From Squalus acanthias (Eukaryota), in contig CM059432.1 in the NCBI GenBank assembly GCA_030390025.1, positions 24,740,001-24,804,000 of the forward strand: 64,000 nucleotides of DNA, read 5' to 3'. Position 1 is the first letter of the stretch. Each line of letters starts with the position of its first letter. Positions 22,490 through 36,699 of this stretch are shown piece after piece. The notes beneath the pieces are model-generated. The model was not told the origin of the DNA, searched no databases, and was given only the letters and a program-made list of their open reading frames with translations. A program made the translations under genes and the position numbers.

Positions 22490-23549
22490 TTGAGCCGCTG
22501 CAGTTCTTTCATAGTACAACCTACTTGGTTTAGCTTCGACAGCATTTGCTTGGGTTGTCTGAAAAAAATCTGGTCTCAACTAGATTTCTTTGCAATAAAA
22601 GTAAATGGAGTAAATTTTCAAATTACTGCCCAGGCGTAAAACTAGCTGCCCATTATAGAAACCGTTCAATTTCATTTCCATATATCTACCCCCATATTTT
22701 CCACTTGCCTCTGTGTCTCATGATGTAGAGGTGTTAATTATTAATGTTATTAAGATTTTCAATGAATTTTCCTCAGCGGCCAAGTAAGCCTCTAAACTCT
22801 AGCTTTAATCCCAGTATCCTTCTGCTCTGCCCTGGCCCTATCCAGTTTTATACTTGGCAAAGTATGACAGCTCCACTTCCATACTAAACAAAGCTGACAT
22901 TCAAAAGTTGTGACCACCTGCTTGTTGTTCGTCACACTGTGTCTTTCCTTGTGTGACGAAGATGTCCTATTGTAATGTGCCTCTTAGCCAGTGCTGTACT
23001 GGCCTTGGTATACCATATGTCTGATCTCCCTTGATTTTGAAAGATAGGAGGAAGGGTCATCTTGGTAACCCTGTCATCTTTCCAATCCCAGATCTGTCCT
23101 ACCTTTTTTTTTTACATCTGCTTCAAGGATTATTTAATTTCCATACCATGTCCTTGAGTTCTCTTCTCCCCATGGATCCTTCACCTGACTGTCCTTCAGT
23201 CATTGACAGAGTGACTTGGAGGCCAAATGTAAACAGGTTGTGGCTGAGGAGCCTTATGTTCAAGGTACTTCATTAGCATTATAACACCAAAGAGCAGGGG
23301 ACAGTAAATATTTGTGTTGAAGTACTAAATACAGGTTCATTCTTAAAGTTTCACCAACACAGAAACAAGCTAAGCTTCTCAATGCTGTTTTTTTATTTTA
23401 ACTTTTTTTTCTTTCCTCCTTTACCTGTTAAATTTCTCCTCTTCTCTCCTGATGGGGGTTATATTGCTTGCTGGGGTCAACTAAATGCTGATTTTTTCAT
23501 GTATGAGCCCCATTTTTCACTGCTGCCTATTGAATAGCACTCAGAACCA

Positions 23550-23945
23550 AAACAACTTGCATTTATATAGTGTCTTTAACATAGTAAATGTCCCAAGGTG
23601 CTTCGCCAAGGCAAATATGAATGGTAAGCAGTAGTAAGAAAACATTTAGGGTTGACTAACGGTATGGTTAGAGGGGTAGGTTTTGAGGAAGATGGGGAAG
23701 AGAGGTAACATGATGGAGGGATCTAGGGAGAGAGTTCCAGAGTGTCGGCATAAGATGGGTGAATACTCTGCCACTGAAGGTAAAATGAAGACAAGCAAGG
23801 GAGGCTAGAGTTCAAAAAGTGGAGGCTATAGCCTGGACGAGGTTTCAGAGTTAGAGTGGGAATGGCCACAGAAGGATATGAAAACAAATGTGAAGATTTT
23901 GAATTCAATTCATCTGTGCCATGGATTCTATGGATGTCAGGAAGG
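23550..23945 (-). mobile_element. Old L2 3' fragment
   Basis: AACAACTTGCATTTATATAG tail and degenerate similarity to 19880-20350. Confidence 0.6.
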
Positions 23946-24319
23946 ATAGTTGGTGCTTTGCAAATTGCAATTTAAATTGCACGGGGCAGAAATTTAGATC
24001 TTTGGGGATTTTGATAAAGGAACAGGAACCCTGGTCTATTTCCTCCTTCTAACTTCGGGGCACTTTAGCCAATTATGATGCCACAATCATCACTCTGGCT
24101 CAGGTAATTTAACCCAGCATAAAACTGGGAATCAAATCAGGGAACTTTCTGATCCTACATATCTTCGTTTCTGACGTAACTACTTGGGCATTAGGGTGTC
24201 CATGCAGTATCTTATTATTTTTTAACTAAGGTAAACACAATGGTCCTCAATTTGCAGTCGGTATGATGGCGAACTGTCAGAGTACGCCTTCATGCGCTAA
24301 AGCCCGAATTTGCGATCTG

Positions 24320-26440
24320 TCAACAATATTGGCAAGCAATGATGTAGAACAGCAATGGGAAACATTTAAAACAGTGTTCAACAGAGTGCAGGAACAATAT
24401 ATTCCGCTAAAAGGAAAGAACAAACTAAACATTAATGAGACTCCAAGGATGAATAAACCCATAAGGGAACAATTGAGGGCAAGGAAAGAGGCACGCATTA
24501 ATTACATAGACAGCAGGGGAGTGCATGATAAGAGAGAATATGAAAAGATTAGGAGAGAAGTCAAAAAAATAATTAGGAAGGCAAAGAGTAACTATGAAAT
24601 TAAATTATCAAGGAACATAAAACAAAATAATAAAATATTTTATAGGCACATCAATAAAAAAAGGAAGTTTGGTATGGTAATAGGGCCATTAAGGGATAGA
24701 TAGGATAATACCACAGGTAATGATAGCGAGATGGCAGAAATATTAAAAAATTATTTTGCTTTAGTATTTACCAGGGAGATAGAACAGGTGGACATGACAT
24801 TGGATGATGAGATTAGTAATGAGATAAGTGCATTTAAAATAAAAACAGGAGATATATTAAATAAACTAATCAAACTCAAAGAGGATAAGACCCCTGCATC
24901 CACACATTTTAAAAGAATTTAGGGAAGAGATAGCAGAGGCATTACTATGCATTTTCAATAATTCGTTAGAAAAAGGTGTAGTGCCAGAGGACTGGTGGAT
25001 AGCTAACGTAATACCGATATTTAAGAAGGGGGATAGAACATGTCCAGGGAATTATAGACCAGCCAGCTTAACATCGGTGGTAGGAAAAATAATGGAATCC
25101 CTACTAAAGGAGAAAATAGAAGAACATCTAGAAACCAAAAACATAGTAATGAATAGTCAACATGGATTTCAAAAGGGAAAGTCTTGCTTGACCAACCTCA
25201 TTGAAATTTTTGAAGAGGTAACGGAGGGAGTAGACAATGGTAATGCAGTAGACGTAATTAATCTAGATTTTCAAAAGGCCTTCCATAAGGTACACCATAA
25301 TAGACTAATGAACAAGGTCATAGAATGCAGAGTCAGGGGACAAGTCGCACAATGGATCGCTAGCTGGCTTCAAGACAGAAAGCAGAGAGTAGGGGTAAAA
25401 GGTAGCTATTCACAGTGGCAGAAGGTGGGTAGTGGTGTTCCACAAGGATCAGTGCTGGGACCACTGTTATTCACAATTTATATTAACGATTTAGACTTTG
25501 GAATCAAAAACACAATTTCTAAATTTGCGGATGACACCAAATTTGGGGGGATAGTCAATACTAAGGAGGACTGCAACAAGTTACAGGAGGACATTAATAA
25601 ACTTGCAGAATGAGCATATAATTGGCAAATGATGTTCAACACAGATAAATGTGAGCTATTACATTTTGGTAGGAAGAATAGGGAGGTCACTCATTACTTG
25701 GAGGGTGCGAGTCTAGGTGGGGTAGAGGAACAAAGGGATCTCGGAGTACAAATACACAAATCACTAAAAGTTGCGACACAGGTTAGCAAGGCCATAAAAA
25801 AAAAACCAAGCACTAGGGTTTATTTCTAGAGGTATAAAATTGATAAGTAGGGAAGTTATGCCAAACCTGTATCGAACCTTGGTTAGACCACACTTAGAGT
25901 ACTGCGTACAGTTCTGGTCGTCATATTATATAAAGGATATAGGGGCACTGCATAGGGTGCAGAGAAGATTGGCAAGGATGATACCAGAAATGCGAGGGTA
26001 TACATATCAGGAAAGGATGAATAGGCTGGGTCTCTTCACTCTTGAAAAAGAAGGCTGAGGGGTGACCTAATAGAGGTCTTTAAATTATGAAAAATTTTGA
26101 CAGAGTGGATACAGAGAGAATGTTTCCACTTGTAGGGAAGAACATATCTAGAGGCCATCAAAATAAGATAGTCAACAAGAAATCCAATAGGGAATTTAGA
26201 AGAAACTTCTTTACCCAAATGTGAGAATGTGGAACTCGCTACCACAGGGAGTGGTTGAAGCGAATAGTATAGATGCATTTAAGGGGAGGCTAGACAGGCA
26301 TATGAGGGAGAAGGGAATAGAGGGTTATGCTGATAGATTTAGATGAGGAAAGATGGGAGGAGGCTCGAGTGGAGCATAAACGCCGGCATGGACTGGTTGG
26401 GCCAAATGGCCTGTTTCTGTGCCATATATCCAATGTAATG
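24320..26440 (+). mobile_element. CR1 LINE, 5'-truncated, decayed ORF2
   Basis: NYRPASLTS, QHGF, LDFQKAF, GVPQGSVLGP, KFADD and RPHLEYC, with stops and frameshifts. 3' UTR ends CCAATGTAATGTAA. Confidence 0.93.
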
Positions 26441-27636
26441 TAAAGTTACGACTACACAGAGGCTTCACTGCATCTTTCAACTCCTGATAGGAATCAACAT
26501 GCTGGCGAAAAGTTGGGCTAATTGCACAGATACTCCGAAGTAATTACGCTTTCAATTTTTAAGTCTTGTGCAAACAGGGGCAGGAAGCTGTTGCACAATG
26601 TAAGGGGACCGGATGAAAAAATTGAAATAACAAAAGTTCTTGTCAATGATTTGTAACAGCAGAGTACACAGTACTGAGGCTTGTCATGACAAAGGGGAAG
26701 ATTTGTCCGAGACAGCAAAATCATAAATACATTTATAAAGTGCATTCATGATTTTGCGACACGTAGTGAACAGAACAAATCTTCCCACAAAATTAGTTAA
26801 CAGTTTTAGCTTTTAGTAACAGAGTCATGTCTTCATTTTTTCTGCAGAATACGTTCCATTTAATTTTAATTGGTAAAATGACAAAAATGGCAAGTGTGTT
26901 GCATATTGGCTCACCTACATTTTCACTTTTTCGCCAGTAATAGACATCGATTAGAAAGACACGTGAAGCTTATTTAAATGTGGAACACAATTGTTAATGA
27001 TGTCATTCTAATACATTGTCTCAGTTTCATTGATCTTTAGTGGAGACCAAATGATAATCAAGCCAATCTCGAGGTGGTAAATAATTTTAAAATAACGTTC
27101 CTGTTGTCCAAAAAGTTATACATGGAAAGCTTAAACATGTCATAAGTGTTTCACTTACAGCAATTGCACCTTGAAGTGGTTATACATTTTTCTTCTCCCC
27201 ATTTATTTTCAGTTACCTTAACGTTCCATTTTGTCACTAGATCGACAACATTGTTGATATTTGCTTCTTATTGCTGACCCTGTTCTACTGTCATAAATGT
27301 ATTGGTGAAGGTTTCATTTCCATTCTTAGCCTATATGAGTGAATCCCTCTCTTGTCACTTTGCACTTAAGGGCTCAGCTGTAGCTTATAGGCTAAGAATC
27401 AGGAACTAAAAGAACCACCGCCCCACGTGATCCCAGGTTCACATACGAACAACGGTGCGCTCCTGGGCTCCGTGAGGGAGTATGCTGTGCGGAACTCTGC
27501 AGCGTTTTAAAGGAAGTTCTCGCAGGGAGGATTGCATGAGGTATGTGCGGATTTACTCGCGATGTCGACAGCGTACTCCTTAGCTTCGCCGCCGACCGCA
27601 AATTCAGGCCCAATATGACAAACGACCAGCACTATT

Positions 27637-28491
27637 GGCCTATAATTTGCTGTCAAAATAACAGTGAGGCTAATAGCGCTCGCTGTTATTTATGCGCAAA
27701 TGCTACAGCAACTTCGGGCAAGGGCAGGTGCGTGGTTAAACGCAGAAATCCAAAAGTTGCTGTCCAGGATACACCGCTCCGCCATTAGCTTGGCGAAAAG
27801 GGCATCTCAATGACCAGCTCACCATTGAAATGCATTGAGCAGCATTAAATTGCTGTACTTGCAGAACATATGAACTAAACTCTCCACAGAACATTAGAGC
27901 TAGTCTGATGTGATGCAAGGAGTCTGTTTTGGAGACATTTAAGGTCCGCGCATATTTATTTAAGCCTGGATTAGCTATCGTATTTTCTTTCATCGATGTG
28001 CTAATTGTTAATTACTGCCAATTAACCACTCTGGCACTGAAAATTAACTACTTATTACAAGTGTGAAGTTTCATTCCTTCAGGTTTTAATTGTTGGAGAT
28101 TTTAAAACTGTGAAATTTAAAATTAAAAATGTTATATTTTTATATTTCCATTCTGTCTCATTTTTCTCTCTCTCTTAATCCAGCTGTTCTTTTCCTCTCT
28201 TTATTTCCCTTTCTGTACCTAATTTGGCATTGAATTCATTCACACTAATTTACATTTTCTTCTCAGTCCTTGTGCTTTTAATTTCACAATCCTTCAATCT
28301 GATTGGTTAAAGAGATATACAGTTGCTTTCCCTGTTCACTCAGGTCCCAGGTGCTCGGTTTCCCTCGCTGCGACGTTATCAGCTCGCACTTTCAGCAACT
28401 TGCGCAAAATATCATCACGATTAAATGGGCAAGGGCAAGTCTAACGAATGGCAGACGCCATTAGATTCACTCCGACAGCAAATTATGGCCC
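27637..28491. mobile_element. Harbinger-type MITE (855 bp)
   Basis: TIRs GGCCTATAATTTGCTGTC / GGGCCATAATTTGCTGTC and TSD ATT (27634-27636 / 28492-28494). Confidence 0.85.
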
Positions 28492-28979
28492 ATTTTCTTT
28501 TTTTAAACAAATAGAAATGGAACTATAGTCTAAAGCTTCTTTACGTGTCAGCCTTGGCTCAGTTGTAGCACTCTCATCTGAGTCAGTAGGCTGTGGGTTA
28601 AAACCCTACTCCAGAGACATTAGCACATAATCTAGGCTGGCACTTCAGTGTAATACTGAGGGAGTGCTGCATTGTCAGAGGTGCTGTCTTTCAGATAAGA
28701 CATTAAACCAAAGCCCTGTGCCCCCTCATGTGGATGTAAAAGGTTGCATGGTACTACTCAAAAGAGATTAATTTCTTTGAATAGTACCATGCGACCTTTT
28801 ACATTCTCCTGGTGTCCCGGTCAATATTTATCCCTCAACCAACAATGCTAAATAAAATAGATTATCAATCTATAATCTCATTATTGTGGTGTCGGAGGTA
28901 GGGCTTTAGATTATTGTTTGTGCGGCTTGGCTGTGCGCAAATTGTCGGTCGTGTTTTACCTACATTAAAACGGTGACTA

Positions 28980-29473
28980 TAGATTCAATAGTTAGGGGAG
29001 CAGACAGGCATTTCTGCAGCCGCAGACGTGACTCCAGGATGGTATGTTGCCTCCCTGATTCCAGCGTCAAGGATGTCACTGAATGGCTGCAGGGCATTCT
29101 GAGGGGGGAGGGTGAACAGCCAGAGGTCATGGTCCATATCGGTACCAACGACATAGGTAGAAAAAGAGATGAGGTCCTGCAGGCAGAGTTTAGGGAGCTA
29201 GGAAAGAGGTTAAAAAGCAGGACCTCAAAGGCAGTAATCTCTGGATTACTACCAGTGCCACGTGCTAGTGAGTACAGAAATAGGAAGGTAGAGCAGATGA
29301 ATGCGTGGCTGGAGAGATGGTGTAGGAGGGAGGGCTTTAGATTCCTGAGGAATTGGAACCGTTTCTGGGGGAGGTGGGACCTCTACAATCTAGACGGGTT
29401 GCACCTCAACGGGAACGGAACCAATATCCTCACGGGAGGGTTTGCTAGTGCTGTTGGAGAGGGTTTAAACTAG
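28980..29473 (+). CDS. CR1 ORF1 C-terminal SGNH/GDSL esterase domain (5'-truncated)
   Basis: DSIVRG, VMVHIGTND, ISGLLP and DGLHLN blocks in an open frame. Confidence 0.8.
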
Positions 29474-32400
29474 CTTGGCAGGGGGATGGGAACCTAAGAA
29501 TAGAGTCAGTAGAGAGGGAAGAAAAACTGGAATTGGAAAACAAAAACATAGAAAGTAAATTGGAAGGACAGAGGAATCAAGGGCTAGATAGTAGTCAACA
29601 AGGAGGTTTGCCTGTACTAAATGGTATATACTTCAATGGAAGGAGTATAGCAAACAAGGCAGATGAGCTGAGGGCACTTGGGACTATGATATTATAGCTA
29701 TTACAGAGACATGGCTGAAAGAGGGGCAGGTATGGCAGCTCGACATTCCTGGAAACAGGATTTTCAGACGGGATAGAGAGGGAGGTAAAAAGTGAGGCGG
29801 TGTCGCGGTATTGATTAAAGAAACTATTCCAGCTGTGAGGAAGTATGATATGTTGGAGGGATCATCAAACGAGGCCATATGGGTCGAATTGAAAAACAAA
29901 AAAGGGGCGATCACACTGCTGGGAGTGTACTACAGACCCCCAAATGGTGAGAGGGAGATAGAAGAGCAAATATGTAGACAAATTTCTGAGAAGTGCAAAA
30001 ACTATAGGGCAGTAAAAGTAGGGGATTTCAACTACCCCAATAGTAACTGGGATAAAATTAGTGTGAAGGGTATAGAGGGTGCAGAATTCCTAAAATGCAT
30101 CCAGGAGAACTTTTTTAGCCAGTATGTAGCAAGCCCAACAAGGGAGGGGGGTGGTTCTGGACTTAGTTTTAGGAAATGAAGCTGGGCAGCTAGAAGGCGT
30201 ATCAGTGGGGGAGAATTTTGGTGCTAGTGACCATAAGTCAGTTAGATTTAAGGTAGTTATGGAAAAGGAAAAGGATAGACCAGGAATAAAAATTCTAAAT
30301 TGGGGAAAAGCAAATTTTGCTAGGCTCAGAGGGGATTTAGCCACAGTGGACTGGAAACAGCTACTTGAAGGTAAATTAGTGTCGGAGCAGTGGGAGGCAT
30401 TCAAGGAGGAGATCCGGAGGGTTCAGACCAAATATGTGCCCTTAAAGAAAAAAGGTGGGACTAAAAAATCTAGAGCCCCCTGGATGTCTAGGGACATACA
30501 GGGTAGGATAAAAAAAAGGGAGGCGTATGACAGATACCGAGGGCTAAATACTCCAGAATCTTTGGAGGATTACAGAAAGTGCAGGGGTGCAATTTAAAAG
30601 GGTATTAGGAAAGCAAAGAGAGAGCATGAAAAATTCTTGACAAATAAAATCAAGGAAAACCCAAAGATGTTTTATAAATATATTAAGAGTAAGAGGATAA
30701 CTAAAGAAAGGGTAGGGCCTATTAGAGATCATGAGGGTAATCTGTGTGTGGAGGCGAGAGACGTCGGTAGGGTTCTTAATGAATACTTTGCATCTGTTTT
30801 CACAAAGGAGAGGGGCGAAGCAGACATTGCTATCAGGGAGGAGGAGTGTGAAATATTAGTGAAAGTATTAAGGGGTTTAGCAGCTTAAAAAGTGGACAAA
30901 TCCCCAGGCCCGGATGAAATGTATCCCAGGCTGTTAAGCAAAACAAAAGAGGAAATAGCAGAGGCGCTGACCATCATTTTCCAATTCTCTCTGGCTTCAG
31001 GTGTGGTGCCGGAGGACTGGAGGACTGTTAATATGGTACCCTTTTTTAAAAAGGGAGAAAATGATAGACCGAGTAATTACAGGCCAGTCAGCCTAACCTC
31101 GGTGGTGGGAAAATTATTGGAAAGAATTCTGAAGGACAGGATAAATCTTCATTTAGAAAGACACAGATTAATCAAGGATAGTCAGCACAGATTTGTTAAG
31201 GGAAGGTCGTGTCTGACAAACTTGATTGAATTTTTTGAGGAGGTAAGAAGGAGGGTAGATGAGGGTAGTGTGTTTGATGTAGTGTATATGGACTTTAGCA
31301 AGGCTTTTGATAAGGTTCCACATGGCAGACTGGTCACGAAGTTAAAAGCCCATGGGATCCAGGGCAAAGTGTCAAGTTGGATTCAAAACTGGCTCGGAGG
31401 CAGGAAGCAGAGGGTAATGGTTGACGGGTGTTTTTGTGACTGGAAGGCTGTTTCTAGTGGGGTTCCTCAGGGCTCAGTACTAGGTCCCTTGCTTTTTGTG
31501 GTATAGATCAATGATCTAGACTTGAATATAGGGGGTATGATTAAGAAGTTTGCAGATGATACTAAAATCGGCTGTGTAGTTGATACTGAAGAAGTTAGCT
31601 GTAGACTGCAGGAAGATATCAATAAATTGGTCAGGTGGGCAGAACAGTGGCAAATGGAATTCAATCCAGAGAAGTGTGAAGTAATGCATTTGGGGAGGGC
31701 TAACAAGGAAAGGGAATACACATTAAATGGTAGGACACTGAGTAGTGTAGAGGAACAAAGGGACCTTGGAGGGCATGTCCACAGGTCCCTGAAGGTAGCA
31801 GGCCAAGTAGATAAGGTGGTTAAGAAGGCATACGGAATGCTTGCCTTTATTAGCCGTGGCATAGAATACAAGAGCAGGGGGGTTATGCTTTAACTGTATA
31901 AAACACTAGTTAGGCCTCAGCTAGAGTACTGCGTGGAGTTCTGATCACCACATTACAGGAAAGATGTGATTGCACTAGAGAGGGTACAGAGGAGATTTAC
32001 AAGGATATTGCCGGGAGTAGAGAATCTTAGCTATGAGGAAAGACTGGCTAGGCTGGGTCTGTTTTCCTTGGAACAGAGGAGGCTGAGGGGAGACCTTATT
32101 GAGGTGTATAAAATTATGAGGGGCCTAGATAAAGTGGATAGAAAGGACCTATTTCCCTTAGCAAAGGGGTCCAAAACCAGGGGGCACAGATTTAAAGTAA
32201 TTGTTGGAAGGTTTAGAGGGTATTTGAGGGGAAATTTCTTCACCCAGAGGGTTGTGGGGGGTCTGGAACTCACTGCCTGAAAGGGTGGTAGAGGCAGAAA
32301 CCCTAACCACATTTAAAAAGTACTTGGATGTGCACTTGAAGTGCCGTAACCTGCAGGGCTACGGACCAGGAGCTGGGAAGTGGGATTAGGCTGGATAGCT

Positions 32401-32478
32401 CTTTGTTGGCCGGCGCGGACACAATGGGCCGAAATGGCCTCCTTCTGTGCTGTAACTTTCTATGATTCTATGATTCTA
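28980..32478 (+). mobile_element. Near-full-length CR1 LINE: SGNH-esterase ORF1 remnant, APE endonuclease and RT (decayed)
   Basis: ORF1 motifs HIGTND...DGLHLN. Endonuclease motifs AITETW, GVYYRPP, GDFN and SDH. RT motifs GVPQGSVLGP and KFADD. (TATGATTC)n tail and flanking TGACTA repeats (28974-28979 / 32479-32484). Confidence 0.95.
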
Positions 32479-32749
32479 TGACTACACTTCAGATGTATGT
32501 TGTTGCCTGTGAAGCACTTTGAGACATCTTGAGGACATGAAAGGTGCTATATAAATGAAGTATTTCTTCATTCATTTGTTCAAACTACCTGGGTATCCAG
32601 TAATGTATTTCTTTAACTGCTGTGTTGTGCATTGTTAATAATTCATTGTGTGTTTTAATGTAAGTGTTTCATCACTAACGTGTGATCCTTGTGAATACAG
32701 TGTGCAATCTAATGTTTGTTAACATCCAAACCCCAGAATTTTTTTAGGG

Positions 32750-33345
32750 CGAAGACTTTTATTTATATAGCACCTTTTCACATTTCTCAATGTATTAAGG
32801 GCTTCGTATGCATGAATAAACCTCTGAAGTGTAGCGGCTATTATATGGGTGAACACAGCCACCATTTTACACACAAACAAGATTCCACCAGCAGTAATAC
32901 CCAGTCAAATATGTTTTTGGTGGTGTTCGTTGAGGGAGAAATGTTGGATGGGACACCAAGAGAACGATCTGCTCTTTTTCAAATAGTATCATGGGATCTT
33001 TAACATCTAGCTGACCCGCTGGATTAGGCACCCTAGGATTGATCCCTGTGTCCAGTTCGAGGGCAGGCAACACTGCCAATTTCACCCCCATTAACTGTTA
33101 TCCCTTTTCCCTCTTAATTATTTGCTGCCTTTTTAAATTTTATCTTTAATTTCTCTTTTACCTAATCTAACCTTTCCCATAATCTGTAAGGTACAAAGGT
33201 TTTCATTTCCTTTTATTGTCCAATGCAGCACTCCCTCGGCACTGCACTAGCATGTCAGCCTAGATTAAGTGCTCAATTCTCTGGATTGAAGATTGACGCA
33301 AACCTTCTGACTCAAGGGTGGAAGTACAACCAACTGAGCCAGAGT
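32750..33345 (-). mobile_element. Degenerate Deu-SINE
   Basis: ATTTATATAGCACC tail, ATGGGATCTTTAACATC core and CAACTGAGCCA head. Confidence 0.6.
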
Positions 33346-34491
33346 GACACCAAGCCAATAAGTGTGGAGGCAGACCAATTTCGGGAAGGTCTCCTGAAAC
33401 AGGTGTTGGCGCATTTGCATATACAGAGGGCCTAACGTCCATTTCAGGAGTAGGCCCTGGACAATTATGCTTCAGCTTTTACCAATATGGTAGGTGGCAG
33501 TCTTCTGGCGCAGAATGTGAACCGCTCACACCACCCGCCATATTGAAATGTTAGGCACCCATTGTACGCCTGTAAAACGGGTGCGGCATCAACAAATGTG
33601 TTGAACTGGTTTTATTATTGTGTGCAATTTGGTTGTCCAGGGTCAGTGTTCTAGTGCTATTCCTGAGTAGCTTTATTACTGTAATGTTAGTAGTTATTCC
33701 ACTGCTTCAGTGCTTGAGCTGGAAACAAACTAAACTGATCAACCCAAGCAGATAGACATTTTCCTGAATCTTAGTGGTCATTCCACGATATTGCCATGTA
33801 CAAAAAGTAGATGGGATGTTGAGTGATGTACCTCATAGTCACTGTTATCTACTGGAGCTCATTGTTGATCGCCATTCGGGATCGGAGATGAATTTCTTTG
33901 AATTGTTTTTCCCCGAATTGCCCTAGGGTTTTTCTTTTAATCTGTTTTTATTTTTGCCTCTCATGGCTGCTGGTGGGTGGGGAGCACTGAGTGTCTCCTT
34001 GCTTTGTTGCAACATAACAGAATGGGACAGACCAGCTGGTCTTTTTCTGTCGGTCTTTTCCGTGTGTAGCACACTCTAAAGGGTTACCCCTCTTGCAGTT
34101 TCAAAGCAAATATTTTTTTAACTGGCTGAAAGTAGCCATTATCTGCTTTGGACAGGAATCTGATAATTATGATGTCACACGGCTTGCTGTTTCTGACTAA
34201 TCTCACAGGGAAAATATAAATGACGGTATGTGGGTATTGGGAGTGTTAGACTGGTGATTTTATATGAACAGGTATTTACTATATCTCCCCTGATGGCTTA
34301 ATGGATAAATAAACCAGCAGGTGTGGTATTGTGGATATACAGAACAAGAAGGTCTCGTGTTTGATGAGTTAGCTCCACTCTGTCGTGCTGGCAATAAGGA
34401 TACAACAACTGGCGTCAGAACCCCCTGGGATGAGAAGGATACAAAAAAAATTGCTTTCTGTCCTGATCGCTAATTCTGCCAGAAAGTTTGA

Positions 34492-36283
34492 AAGCTGAAT
34501 TTTGCCGGCGCTCAGAGTGCGGGTTTGGAGGCGGATCCGCTGTCAAAATCGAAATGATTGACAGTGGGTTGGGAACCCGCTCCGAACCCGCCTCCATGTA
34601 AGTTTCCAAAGTGTCGGGTCTGTGATTTCAGAACAGACCCGACACCAAGCGGCGGGGGAGGCATTTAAGATGGTTAAATGCTTGTTAAACGCTTGTTAAC
34701 TACTATTTTGCCAGCCTATTTCTATTTTCCCACTTTTTTAACAGGGTTCACATCATTCAGAGAGCACGTCAGGTAAATAGGTCGGGTTCTCTAAAACGCC
34801 CTATTGCTGTGAATAGGTGACAGCTGCAAAAGTGGTATGAAAACTACCATTTCACAGCTGTTTACTTTCCAATGTCAAAAGCTTGAGCCTTCAGGACTTG
34901 GAAGACACTTTTGAGCTGTATGCAGTTTGGAAGTGTTTGGAGTAAACTCTCTATCCACTGTCACCTCCTTGAAGCAACCTCTCTCATCATTGACAGATTG
35001 CTTCTGTCATCTCAACTTCAGCTGCCATCTATTCCATTAGCATCGGTGCCCTTGAAAAACTCTTACCCTGGTCCTCTGAATCCTTCCATGATCAGCCCCA
35101 ACACCAACATCACCAGACACACCAACATCACAACAACAATACCAACCTTCTCCGCCATCACCTGATGCTGCACAGGACACAGGGCATCAGCTCTCAACAA
35201 CATTGCTGTCTGGGAGGCCAGCGATGGTATCACCATGACCAGATTTACTTCACTTGACGCTATACACCCTGGCTGCCACATGATGTGCCAGGTTGGCAGC
35301 ATCCCACACCAGCACCATAAAGCATCCCTACAATGTCCAAGCCATTCCTTTCACACTCATCACAATTGGCGGGGGGCGGGAAGTTATGTCTCAATATTCA
35401 CTGGAACTCACTAAGACACTTCCAAATGTGAGCACAGATTTGTCCAATAAGGTAAAGTGTTGAAAATATAGATTTCAATGTTTGACAACACATTAACAGA
35501 AACTTCACACTAACATTGGCTAAACCACCCAGGTGACTACCCTTGTGTGTTGTTAGTTGGTATGCTTGCAGTAGATTGAGGGTGAATGTGAAGGGTGGAT
35601 AGTGAGATGGGGAAGTGATAATGTAGATAGAGAGGGATGGGTGGAGGTGCAAGGTAAGTGGGTGTGAGTAAGGATGTGCAGGAGTAGGGTAGGGAAGGCA
35701 GAGTGATGGGGATGTGATGAGTGGCACAGCAGGATGTGGTTGAGTGTGGCTTGGCAGTAACCTTTTGTGATCTGCTCAGATCATTGAATGGTTTGTGCCA
35801 CTGCAGCCTGGTCCTCCTGACAACATCCCTGCTTGTGTCCTCCTGTGCAATGTGCAACCAGGCTGCGTTGATCTCCTGGGGAGTTCTCTTTCGCCTATGG
35901 GAAGGGAAGAGAACCTCCCTGCGTGCTGTAACTCCCTTCATAAACATATGGAGGGAGTCATGGGAGAGCCTGGGTGCAGCTGTGCACCTTTGTACAGTGC
36001 TTGTCAGTGTTTGCAGCACCTCAATGCTGTAGAACACTGACAGCAGAACTGTCAAAATCAATTTGGACATGGCCCCTTTAAGGAAACCGGCTGATGACGC
36101 ATCATCAAATGACGTCATTAGACCCGCTTCGTATTAATTGGCTGGGAACCTTGCTGGGCGGGCTTAACAAGCCCAATCAATGAAAAATCGCTTGGAGAGT
36201 GCGGGCTGCAGCAGGCAGCGGGCTGGGACCGTGACACCGACCCCGGCCGCCCCGGACCCACCTCAGTTGGTGAAATCGTGGCC
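34492..36283 (-). mobile_element. Non-autonomous Harbinger with Myb/SANT ORF (copy 1)
   Basis: Minus-strand ORF 35537-36118 has PRLSHDSLHMFMKGVTARREVLF...WLHIAQE...RTRLQWHKPFNDL. Right end GAAATCGTGGCC; left TIR degenerate. Confidence 0.85.
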
Positions 36284-36699
36284 TGCATGTTTGTGGACAC
36301 CAGGTGAAGACAGGACAGGGCTTGACTTTGATTGCCCATGGTTGAATAGCTGGCTGACCCTCACTATCTGGACTCAAACGTGTACAAGCTACAGAGGGGC
36401 ACACAGCACAGCACTGGTGCAAGTGCATCTTAGAAAGAGTTCGCACTTTCAGGATGGTAGAGGGAGGGGGAAGCACTGGGGGGAGAGAAGAGAAAAGAAT
36501 TGAAGAAGGACAGGTATTTGTTAACGATTGAACTGAAGAGGTGCATTCTTGCACACTGGTGAGTTTTTTTTTAACCTAACACGTAGAACTCTAAAGATTT
36601 CCATGTAATTTTATCCAGCAACGAGGACAGTCTGACATCCTGATCCAGTGAAAAGAGGCTGCTAACGATCTCTCAACTGCGATCGATGGCTCGCAGTAA

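Larger units (their letters stand above)
28547..32570 (+). mobile_element. Deu-SINE (SacSINE1-like) interrupted by a long CR1
   Basis: Head at 28547. The body rejoins as ...GTGACTA|CACTTC... and the tail AAAGGTGCTATATAAATG lies at ~32540-32560. Confidence 0.82.

Noticed and set aside
22928..22960. 10-bp-stem hairpin TTCGTCACAC/GTGTGACGAA
   Set aside because: It is single, short and has no second copy or motif support, so it could be chance.
36532..36560. Additional hammerhead candidate (CTGAAGA followed by a GTGCA/TGCAC stem)
   Set aside because: No GAAA follows the stem, so the catalytic core is incomplete.
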